From contig NIVC01002900.1 in assembly GCA_002269645.1 (NCBI GenBank), forward strand, positions 67,280 through 130,883: a stretch of DNA of 63,604 nt. The letters run 5' to 3'. Positions within the stretch are counted from its first letter, which is position 1. Each line of letters starts with the position of its first letter. Position numbers and translations under genes: made by a program. The notes beneath the pieces are model-generated. The model was not told the origin of the DNA. It did not search any database and worked only from the letters and a program-made list of their open reading frames with translations. Origin of the DNA: Macrostomum lignano. Its lineage: Eukaryota. Positions 12,083-22,492 of the stretch are shown here, piece after piece.

Positions 12083-13727
12083 TGGCAGATTGCACTGTGA
12101 TAGAGGCAGATTGCACTGTGTGTGATAGAGGCAGATTGCACTGTGTGTAATAGAGGCAGACTGCACTGTGATAGAGGCAGATTACACTGTGTATGATAGA
12201 GGCAGACTGCATTGTATGTGATAGAGGCAGATTACACTGTGTATGATAGAGGCAGATTACACTGTGTATGATAGAGGCAGATTACACTGTGTATGATAGA
12301 GGCAGACTGCACTGTGTGATAGAGGCAGACTGCACTGTGTGATAGAGGCAGACTGCACTGTGTGATAGAGGCAGACTGCACTGTGTGATAGAGGCAGACT
12401 GCACTGTATGTGATAGAGGCAGACTGCACTGTGTGATAGAGGCAGATTGCACTGTGTGATAGAGGCAGACTGCACTGTGTGATAGAGGCAGACTGCACTG
12501 TGTGATAGAGGCAGATTGCATTGTATGGGATAGAGGCAGACTGCACTGTGTGATAGAGGCAGACTGCACTGTGTGTGATAGAGGCAGATTGCACTGTGTG
12601 TAATAGAGGCAGACTGCACCGTGATAGAGGCAGACTGCACTGTGATAGAGGCAGATTACACTGTGTATGATAGAGGCAGACTGCATTGTATGTGATAGAG
12701 GCAGATTGCATTGTATGTGATAGAGGCAGATTGCACTGTGTGATAGAGGCAGACTGCACTGTGTGATAGAGGCAGACTGCACTGTGTGATAGAGGCAGAC
12801 TGCACTGTGTGATAGAGGCAGATTGCACTGTGTGATAGAGGCAGACTGCACTGTGTGATAGAGATAGACTGCACTGTGTGATAGAGGCAGACTGCACTGT
12901 GTGATAGAGGCAGACTGCACTGTGTGATAGAGGCAGACTGCACTGTGTGTGATAGAGGCAGACTGCACTGTGTGATAGAGGCAGACTGCACTGTGTGATA
13001 GAGGCAGACTGCACTGTGTGATAGAGGCAGACTGCACTGTATGTGATAGAGGCAGACTGCACTGTGTGATAGAGGCAGACTGCACTGTGTGATAGAGGCA
13101 GACTGCACTGTGTGATAGAGGCAGACTGCACTGTGTGATAGAGGCAGACTGCACTGTGTGATAGAGGCAGACTGCACTGTGTGATAGAGGCAGACTGCAC
13201 TGTGTGATAGAGGCAGACTGCACTGTGTGATAGAGGCAGACTGCACTGTGTGATAGAGGCAGACTGCACTGTGTGATAGAGGCAGACTGCACTGTGTGAT
13301 AGAGGCAGACTGCACTGTGTGATAGAGGCAGACTGCACTGTGTGATAGAGGCAGACTGCACTGTGTGATAGAGGCAGACTGCACTGTGTGATAGAGGCAG
13401 ACTGCACTGTGTGATAGAGGCAGACTGCACTGTGTGATAGAGGCAGACTGCACTGTGTGATAGAGGCAGACTGCACTGTGTGATAGAGGCAGACTGCACT
13501 GTGTGATAGAGGCAGACTGCACTGTGTGATAGAGGCAGACTGCACTGTGTGATAGAGGCAGACTGCACTGTGTGTGATAGAGGCAGACTGCACTGTGTGA
13601 TAGAGGCAGACTGCACTGTGTGATAGAGGCAGACTGCACTGTGTGATAGAGGCAGACTGCACTGTGTGATAGAGGCAGACTGCACTGTGTGATAGAGGCA
13701 GACTGCACTGTGTGATAGAGGCAGATA
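12083..13727. repeat. 23-bp minisatellite (gatagaggcagactgcactgtgt) just after the PTP stop codon
   Basis: About 1.6-kb tandem array. Confidence 0.95.
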
Positions 13728-15285
13728 TCAGTTTGGCTAATGAACAAACGATGGAGGCTACTGATTAAGAAAGGTAGACCACTACGTAGAGGGATCTGTA
13801 CAAAAGGTCATACAGTACTTAAAAAGGTCATACGCGTGTCAGTTGTGTTGTTATAGTAAACTCACTGTACTCACAAATGATCGAATCTGCGACTTACTTT
13901 GTGCGTGCAAACCCGATTCAGTTTTGTTTTGCTTATTAATTATTGCAAAAATGCGTTGATTTTAATTTAGGGAGAACTTTTTTGGCAGCCTTTAAAAATT
14001 TTAACAAGATTCTACTCTTTTCTGTTTTGGTCTCAAGCAAACTAATTTGATTTGTTTTTGTTTAACTGTCTGTGTTATTTTCTGTCTTTTAGAGTTGCAG
14101 TCCAAGACGATTTGTGCATGTTGTGTTGTCCCTGCCGAAGTAGCAAAATACGAGCAGGCGCTTCCGCACTTCAAAGTTAATTCTCTGTTGGGGTGCGAAA
14201 TTTTCTGTTCTTTAAACACCAATATGGACTGAGTGTACAGCAGCCCCGACTTTTTAATCGTCAAGCATGTGTACAACACACCAGATGAAAAATTCCCAAT
14301 GCTTTTTGTTAAACAAAATTAGGACTGCAAATATTTTATTTTCATAAATTTGAAGACTTTCGTCCGGAGAGACTCAATGTCCTGCAGTGGTCACATGTTG
14401 TGCTTTAGCCCTCGCTCCTTGCTTTTAGTTGCTGTGCCTAGCAGTCCTACTGCAGCTGCTGTCGTGTCCATCTTTGCCCGCCCAAATCCCCGCTGACATG
14501 TATTCTTTGACTGACCAACTCAATTAATTCTATTGTCCGGTGTGTTGCCATGCGCTGTGCTTATTCGAGTCTTACTAAAGAGCTATAAAAATTATTTTTT
14601 TCTAACGAAGGCCGGTCGAGGTGTCAGAAAAATAATGATTAACAACCATGAAATACAATGTATATCGTGAAAATGTAGAATTGCACAAATGTTTTTTTGC
14701 TCACAGAATCAAACGAAAAAAATGTTGGTAAGATTGTGTTTATTCTTATTTTTTTAATTGGTTTCGAGCAGCGCTATAAATAAAATATAGTTATTGAACA
14801 TAGAAGATACTATAATAACAAAAACCCAGCGGCTATCGAATTTGCGTATAATCTACTGTCAGTAGAAAGTCAAATATCGAAGCATTTTAATTAGAGGCCA
14901 AGACTCCAAGTCGCTCCTCATGCCCCCGAGCTTAACCCCCCCCACCGCGTCTTTCGGCACAAAATCTCTACCCCCCCCCCAAATTTTATTGCCTTCCCTT
15001 GTGTTCGAGCCTAAAACTGCCACGATGTACAGTCACAGTGGGGCTGGCTAATGTACATTAATTGAGGCTTGCACCAATAAGCCTGTGGTTTTGTATACGC
15101 CTGCAAGTCAGGACCCCAAAACTATCATTCTTTTCTAAAAAAATAGCTCACGAATTCTTTCTTGCTACTGAACCAAATTAAGTAGAGCAACACATACCAA
15201 GCTTATATACAGCTACAAAGCAACTATCCAGTTGTTATAGTCACTGCTAGTTAACCGTTAATAAAACTCAGCAGCATTAATAACG

Positions 15286-16578
15286 CTAGTCCTGCAGTTC
15301 AGTGGGAAAATACTCGCACTGCACCTGGCCAATCTGAGAGCAGGACGCGGACTTTCTTCGCCTGATGATGGCCAGGTTGCGCGGCCGATTCAGCTTGCCA
15401 GCTCTGCGACCGTTGTGTTGGATACTTTCAACGCGACCAAAATGCGACTGCAGATCCAAGTGACTCTGGAATTTCCTACCGCGGAGCGTAGCGTTGCCAG
15501 ATAGATTGATTGGCTGCTGCGATTGGCTGCGCTGCAGTGACGTCATCTTCTCGTCTGGGCTGCTAGGCGACTCCTGATTGGCTGAGAGAGACGGCTTCTC
15601 CGGAGTTGGCGGCCGACAGGCGTCTTCCGATGCGGTCAGCCGCGGATCGTAGGCCAGCTGGTGAAACCAGGCTCCGCTCTTGGCCGCCAGCAGGCGACTC
15701 TCTCGGCACAGTTTGCACATCCAGGCTGTCTGGCCGGGTTGCTTTGGCCACGTTTTGTCCTGCGACTGTCTGACAGTTTACAGTTTTACATATGAGCGTA
15801 TTATTTTATTGTTTAATTGATTTTACACTCTACTGTAAGTAGCGTAGTCGAAAAAAAGTAAATTATTATTTTTTATAACTTTCAAATACTTCTACTGTTA
15901 GTAAGTTTCATTTTTAGTATATTAGACTAGCAATCAGCGCCCCCGTTGAGGGGGGGGGGACAAAGAAAGGAATCTGCAACTACTTTTACAAGTAGGTTTT
16001 GACATTGTACAGTCACTATTGTTAGTATCCTATTAAGGGAAATTATTTTTAAGGTAAACAGCATCCGCCCTTAAAGACAGAAATCTAGCCTAAGCTATCG
16101 GATCCCATGGAGCAATCCCCATGAGCCACAGCATTTCAAAAATTCCCCCTGCAAGCCTTGACCTCAAAGCAATTCCTCCGTGAAGAATTTTACTTAAAAA
16201 ATTGCTTAACTAAACGGATGAAGCTCACCCAGCCTCCGGCAGAGGTCGAGCGCAGGCGTCGCAGTACTTGTATCCGCAGTCCGAGCACCTGCCGGAAGGC
16301 CGCCACCACCGGTGCCGAAGTCGAAGGCCGCACAGGCGGCAGCTGGCCAGACCGTCGCCGCACTGGGCAAGTCGCAGCCGTTCAACCTGATCAGCGACGC
16401 GACCGACGCGGCCCCAGTCGAGCAGCCGGAGCGCTCGGTCGCGCCGGAGGACGTCGCCAATTGCGGCGCACTCGGCCGGCGTCAGGGCGGCGACGGCGGA
16501 GCGCGGCGTCGACCAGCCGCGAGCGATGCAGGCGCGCAAGCGGAGCTGCCGGTCGGACGGGCAGAGCCAGCTTTGCAT
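15286..16578 (-). CDS. RPH3AL: Noc2/rabphilin-type Rab-binding zinc-finger effector (RPH3AL-like)
   Basis: Exon 16578-16229 gives MQSWLCPSDRQLRLRACIARGWS...CRLC...CSDC...CDAC. Exon 15769-15286 gives WMCKLC...KSGAWFH. This matches the Noc2/rabphilin WxCPxDRQLxLRA, four CxxC pairs and SGAWF motifs. No C2 domains were seen. The 3' end is uncertain, with a possible extra exon near 14400-14495. Confidence 0.85.
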
Positions 16579-16839
16579 GTCGGCGATGATCGGCTTGGGT
16601 GCGTGAGCAGTGCGCGGCTTGGCTTACAAATAGAATTGGCTTGGCAAACTTGAGCGCTTTGATCTGATTGGCTGGTCAACGTCTGTGGCTACCCACCTCC
16701 CCGACCACCACTAACTCACACCCAAGCTTATATAACATTGCGCTTCTATTTTCATGCCTAAATTAAAAAAATGTACACCTCATGCTTAACTATACAATAT
16801 AGGTTTTTTCGGTCAAGAAGCAAAATAGCTAACTCAAGT

Positions 16840-19809
16840 CACGCCTATGCAGAAGCTGAAAAATGGGGAAAGAAAATTCCCAAAGAAACTGATGCTTTTC
16901 CCAGCCCCAATGACCTATGCAGATTTCAAAAACAGTGTCAGACAAATCTAATCGCCTTGTCAAAAATGGTAATATGAATTTTTTATATTATATGCAAATT
17001 ACATGTAATATGATAGGTATTTAAGGCGAAACCCATCGATAATATTAATGTTAATATAAGTTCGTAGTTTTAATATTAATTTTAATCATTAAAGGAACGT
17101 GCAACTGTATTAGTATTAATATTATAAAATGAGAACCATGCACTTATTATTGCTAATGTCCGTATGGAATAAAGTGTGCATGGATATTAAGTACACAAGC
17201 TAAATCCTAGAAATCTTTGCAGGCATGAAAATGCTTGACATCAAATATGGCTGGAATTGTAGCTAACAACTGCGCGCAGCAGGCATTCTGCATACTGCAC
17301 ATGCCCCAGAGGCCTGCGAAACCGCTGCCACGTCGAACGAAAGTCGCTGTGTGCAGACTCGACTGCCTGCTCACTGAAGGTCCCAAGGCCTGAGTTGAAT
17401 CGCTCGCAGAACTCCGGAACATGGTGGAAAAGGGCGTGCATCTTAGGTGTCGGCACCAGCTTCAGTTCAGCGCAGCAGGATTCCAGCTGGGCAATCTTCT
17501 GGCAAAAGTCGCTCATCAGCTGTTGCCCAAAGCATGCTTGGCGAACAGCATCGAATGCCATGAGAGCAGACGCATAGCCCTGGAGCCTTGATGGCAGGTT
17601 GCTCTTGAGCTCTTGAGCTTTAAGCAGCAATCTGACACACGCAGGGCCTTCCAGACACCCGCCGTGGTACTGCTCGCGACAGATTCCAGCTGAATGCGCC
17701 CACTTGTATGCCTTGTCGTCGCCCCAAGCTGAGTTCAGCTGATCGAGCAGTTTGTTGGTCACACCAAGCATGATGTGCAGCTCTGGTGGTGGCACGAGGT
17801 CCAGCATTGGCGTAGAATCAGCCCCAGGGAGAAGAGGCTGTCTGACACAGCTTGCGTAGTTTCTTGCCAGTCGCTGGCAGCTACCAGCAGCCTCGAATGC
17901 CGTGGCCATCCGACGAATGGATCCAAGGGTTCTTATGGAACCGGCAACTTGCCACGGCGCCTGCCCCTCACAGTAGAGACAAGGATGAGCTGCGGCATGA
18001 CTTTGAAGGCCACACAGGATGTTGGCTAGCTTGAAGTCGCAAGCGACTGTGAACTTAATCGATGTCAAGTCTAGCTCATCTAGAAGTGCTCGCACATTTG
18101 CATAGTTCTCCTGGACATCCTCAGCAATCGCGATGATAAACAGTTTTTTTACGCCAAAGTTGCTTATTCGCGACTCCCTGCTCAGCTTCTTAGGTGTGGA
18201 CTCTGCCTGTGGTTCGGTAGGCAGTACTGGGGCGACACTAAGGCAGATTTTTAGCGAGCCACCACCTCCGTCCATCCCCAGCTTCAATCTCACATCGAAC
18301 TCACTAAATCCTCGCTTTGAGCAAATGAAGCTCAGCAGGCCCTGCAGATCGGGGCATATGACGGAACATCTTGTGGTATCAGTAAAGCTGCCACCTGAGG
18401 ACTTTTGAGTGAATTTGAGCTGCCGCATCTCAAAAAAACTCTCCGCGATGCTGCCTGCGGCTGCCAGAGCTGCCCGCAGTCCGGGTTGCACGGCCTTACG
18501 ACTGCCCTCCGCCTGCCTGATAATTGTGGCTGCCATGTTTGTCTGCCGGTCACTCAGATTGAGAGATGTCTTTAACGTTACTAGTGTCTCGGTCCTCAGC
18601 GCTCTCTGCTCATTTGAATCACTTGCATGCCTCAGCTGCATTGGTGGGCCACCGGTGGCGCTGGAAATAGAAGCCGTTGATCCATGTCCTGATGCTGCTG
18701 CTGCTCTTAGCTTTTCACGCATCACGTCATGAGCGATGTGCTCTTTTGATGTAGGGCTGAGCGTGCGCAGGTACTGCAACTTGCTGGAGACGCTGCACTC
18801 GTGCCTTAGGCCTTTGCCCACAAGTGAGTGGCACCTAGTGCAGCGCTTCTCCGAGTCTCTGTCCTGGCTTCGAGTTGTTTCTGCAGGTCGTCCTTGGGGC
18901 AATTTATGGTTGGCCCGGCTGCTGTCAGACATGTATGGGTGCCAGACCGCCACCCGCTTGTTTGATGGGCTGGAAACTACCTGGCAGATACAGCAGGAGC
19001 AGTGCGGATGCTCACGTGTGAGTTGTGGCAAAACCTCCAAATCTGCAACAATTTGAAGGTATGGCAGTCGAGCAGGCAGTTCTTGCGGTACAGGTGACGT
19101 CTGTGACTGCAATTTCTTGCTGCAGCAGCTGCACATGCCTCCTGGCAGAGTATTACGGATGTAGGCATGACAGAATTCTGGCAGGATAAATTGCTCGATG
19201 AGTTCTGCCTGAGCAGCTGAAATAACGCGATCGGCTTTGCGGAAGCAGAGGATGCAGCACCAGATACGATTCTCTTCATGTGTGCGTCGAAAGTTTGGCA
19301 TCGCGAGGCCAGAGAACTGATTTGAGTACTGAGGGTAATTGTTTCAATTGACTGCAACTTTATTTTCAAAGGAAGTCTGCGTGTTAGCAAACTTGTGATA
19401 AGAGGCATGTTCTACTTTATGAATGTACATAGTCTGTTCATTGTTTCTCAATCCCTTAATCACAATAGATCTCAATAAATATGTACATTTGAGTTGTCTG
19501 CCAAAATTTCTATCTAATAATGTACAGCATTTTATGACGCCCTTAAATTTATGCTCTAAACTTTGCAATTGATGCCTGCTCTTGTTACGCAATTGTTTTC
19601 ACTACTTGCAATGGCGCAACTGACGAATCTAATACTGAACATGCAGCTGAGAACACATAATTTCAATTTTCCATTCTATTATTTTTGGACAAGGCGATTA
19701 GATTTGTCTGACACTGTTTTTAAAATCTGCATAGGTCATTGGGGCTGGGAAAAGCATCAGTTTCTTAGGGAATTTTCTTTCCCCATTTTTCAGCTTCTGC
19801 ATAGGCGTG
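16840..19809 (-). mobile_element. Full-length Chapaev (CMC superfamily) DNA transposon
   Basis: Termini are CACGCC...GGCGTG. TIRs of ~128 bp at 16840-16967 and 19681-19809 differ by about 2 substitutions and 1 indel. A 4-bp TSD AAGT lies at 16836-16839 and 19810-19813. It contains one long ORF. Confidence 0.9.
17241..19301 (-). CDS. Chapaev DDE transposase, 686 aa, uninterrupted
   Basis: N-terminal H-x7-CxxC...CxxC...CxCxxC zinc region (Chapa-like), with candidate catalytic motifs LGMDGGGG, ACDFKLAN and FSEQAVESAH, plus HPCLYC, PELHIMLG and TPKMH. Confidence 0.88.
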   Translation of the reverse strand: MPNFRRTHEENRIWCCILCFRKADRVISAAQAELIEQFILPEFCHAYIRNTLPGGMCSCCSKKLQSQTSPVPQELPARLPYLQIVADLEVLPQLTREHPHCSCCICQVVSSPSNKRVAVWHPYMSDSSRANHKLPQGRPAETTRSQDRDSEKRCTRCHSLVGKGLRHECSVSSKLQYLRTLSPTSKEHIAHDVMREKLRAAAASGHGSTASISSATGGPPMQLRHASDSNEQRALRTETLVTLKTSLNLSDRQTNMAATIIRQAEGSRKAVQPGLRAALAAAGSIAESFFEMRQLKFTQKSSGGSFTDTTRCSVICPDLQGLLSFICSKRGFSEFDVRLKLGMDGGGGSLKICLSVAPVLPTEPQAESTPKKLSRESRISNFGVKKLFIIAIAEDVQENYANVRALLDELDLTSIKFTVACDFKLANILCGLQSHAAAHPCLYCEGQAPWQVAGSIRTLGSIRRMATAFEAAGSCQRLARNYASCVRQPLLPGADSTPMLDLVPPPELHIMLGVTNKLLDQLNSAWGDDKAYKWAHSAGICREQYHGGCLEGPACVRLLLKAQELKSNLPSRLQGYASALMAFDAVRQACFGQQLMSDFCQKIAQLESCCAELKLVPTPKMHALFHHVPEFCERFNSGLGTFSEQAVESAHSDFRSTWQRFRRPLGHVQYAECLLRAVVSYNSSHI

Positions 19810-20107
19810 AAGTGCAAGTAACTCAGTTCAAGTGCGATATTCAAATCAAATAGCGAATTGCAATGAAGGGACCCATATAATAAACTTAATATCTGAAATT
19901 TGGTTTAGGAAATCACAGCTAGTCTTATAAATTCACTCATGAACCATCAATGCACACGTCTTATGTACAAAGGAATGAAAATTGTTGTAGATCTTGGTTC
20001 TTGTGATAACGTTAACCGAGAGTTCATGCCAAAAAGTAAGCAAGTTAGAAGCTTATAAAGTACATAATGCATGCATCATAAACATGAATTTAGAGTAGTT
20101 GCTGGAA

Positions 20108-20318
20108 TTGGTTCACTGGTTCATTATTGGTTCACTGGTTCACTGGTTCACTGGTTCACTGGTTCACTGGTTCACTGGTTCACTGGTTCACTGGTTCACT
20201 GGTTCACTGGTTCACTGGTTCACTGGTTCACTGGTTCACTGGTTCACTGGTTCACTGGTTCACTGGTTCACTGGTTCACTGGTTCACTGGTTCACTGGTT
20301 CACTGGTTCACTGGTTCA
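20108..20318. repeat. (ggttcact)n 8-bp tandem repeat
   Basis: Near-perfect array. Confidence 0.97.
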
Positions 20319-20937
20319 TTGCGGAAGTAACTAAAAGAACGAATGTAGACCTCTTTACTTATCAGAAGCAATGTAATATAGGAAAAATTAAAGAAAAAAT
20401 TAAAAGATGAAATTTGGTAAAATTTTGGTTGTAAAAGGCGTAAATTCGCCAGCACAACTGCATGGCACAGCACCCAGGTGGCTTTTAAGCTAATTATTGC
20501 ATAATTACACTGCTTATGTAGTTTCCCCGCGTAGCATTTATGTAGCAAACTTTACCTGTAGCCCAGTACAGCTCAAACCAGGTATGCAGTTGAGTGCATG
20601 ATCATCTGTATGAACAAGAAGCTACACGCGATCTTAAACACTCGGCGCTTGTGGTCGAATAACGACCGGACGGCAGTGCAGGGGCGATCGAACCGAGGAA
20701 GACGCAGTTTTTTATTGGTAGCAACTATAAAAGTAGAGAGCGATCTCGCCCATCCAGAAATGCCTCTCGTAAATTCAGCTGGTTTATAAAGAACTTCCTG
20801 CTCTTTTGAATATTTTTTTGCAAATTTCACCGCGCAAACCTGGAACTAAGGCAAGCTATCTGAATATAGTTGAATTCGTGTTTCTTCTTGTCATGCCCGC
20901 CTTTGCCAGACCGACATTTAAGCTGTCGAAAGCTCCG

Positions 20938-21429
20938 ATGCCGCTCCTGCTGCTGCTGTTTCTGCAGCTCTGCGGCAGGTGCAACGGCGCGTCAAAGTGC
21001 TTAGCCTGCGACAACTATTTCGAGTTGAACTTGCGCAACCTGGATACCACCAGCAAGTCGGAGATTCTGAAGCGCTACTGCGGCATAGAAGCTCGTATCA
21101 CGGATAGCAACCAGGCCGACTGCGGTGGTGCCGACTATGACGGCTGCGTGAAGATTGTCACCCGCTCCTACCGGTATCACATCGATCGAGAGGGCGTCGG
21201 CATGCGGGCCCCGGAGACTCTCATTTCAACTGTGGTCACTCGCGACTGCGCCGAGATTCCCAAAGCAATGGGCGTCGGGTGTCACATGCTGTACGGCGCT
21301 GGAAGCACTACAGAGATGTGCTACTGCAAAGGAGACTATTGCAATGCGGCGGGGCGACTGCAACTGAGGCATAACGTGTTACTGCCTGGCTCGTTGTTGT
21401 TGCTGTATTTAATTGCCAGGGCCGTTTAA
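20938..21429 (+). CDS. Ly6/uPAR three-finger protein, quiver/sleepless-like, predicted GPI-anchored, single exon
   Basis: Signal peptide MPLLLLLFLQLCGRCNG, 10 Cys in the mature region, C-terminal CYCKGDYCN motif and hydrophobic tail VLLPGSLLLLYLIARAV. An alternative upstream ATG is at 20893. Confidence 0.85.
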   Translation: MPLLLLLFLQLCGRCNGASKCLACDNYFELNLRNLDTTSKSEILKRYCGIEARITDSNQADCGGADYDGCVKIVTRSYRYHIDREGVGMRAPETLISTVVTRDCAEIPKAMGVGCHMLYGAGSTTEMCYCKGDYCNAAGRLQLRHNVLLPGSLLLLYLIARAV

Positions 21430-22492
21430 CTCTTGCCTAAGTTGCCTGTTATGGAGAAGATAATTAAAAGTCTGTTGTGTTTTCTGTACCATCAACATAT
21501 ATTTAATATTTACCAACTCACAAGCAGTGCCTGTATCAAGAGGAATCATTAGTACATTAGGTAAAAGGATATGTACAGCTCGTTTGCATATAATACATGT
21601 ACATGTATTTATCTCGCATTGTGTCGTCAGCATTGCAAAAATGATATAAAATAGCATCTTGAAGCGGCTTGCGAGTGGAAGCTTGAAAAGCAGCAAGCAA
21701 GCAAAAGATCTTGTGTATACTTGAGAGAATAGAGAGGTGTGAATCAGAGTGAACTGGCTGGCTGGGCAAAACTCCCCAGCAGCCAGGCGTGCAGGGGCCT
21801 GTGCACAGGCGGGCCCCGCTCTCGACCGTACACCAGTCTGGCCGCCACAATCTACAAGTTAAAATATCAATAGTTGAATGACTTTAATAGTTAATAAACG
21901 ACCATATTAAATATATTATTTTAACCAGATTGTCAACTACAAATAATTAATTAAAGGGTGTGTCCAATGCTAACCTGCAAAATTCAGCATTGTCAAAAGA
22001 ACAATCAACAAGACGTGTTGAGATCAAAAGCTTTATTACGCACCATGCGCATTCGTTTGATCTCTTGAGATTTTTGCGATGCTATTAGTTGTCGCGGATA
22101 CCAATTTAAACAAAGTTTTACCAGAGCGTATATTAAGCAGTTTAATAAAGAGATGTTAAAATGGCCTTTGTACAAATTAGCTTAAATATCAAATTTTATT
22201 TATACTTTAATCAGAACATTGAATCTTGATTGATTCGGTGCGTTTTTTTAACTTCAAAAGAAAAATCCTTTTTTGTATAATTATATCAGATCGTGCACCC
22301 CGGAGTTCGCTCATTTTTACCGATTTTGTCATCGTCATCGGAATTTTTTTAAATACGAAGCTGTTACAATAGTATATTGCAATATTTATATTGAAGAATG
22401 TGATGCCAATCAAAAATAAATAAATTATTTCCTAATTTTTACTCAAAGTTATGGAAACTATTGTATGACCATTCGTCACATATGACCCTGTC

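Noticed and set aside
12232-13747. Long ORFs (363-476 aa) in the 23-bp array, and similar ORFs at 10566-11492, 28224-29026, 45669-46238 and 60357-61764
   Set aside because: They are by-products of stop-free repeat units with no domain content.
20806-20937. N-terminal extension of the Ly6 ORF as called by the ORF track
   Set aside because: It begins at a non-ATG codon, and the signal peptide fits a start at 20938 or 20893.
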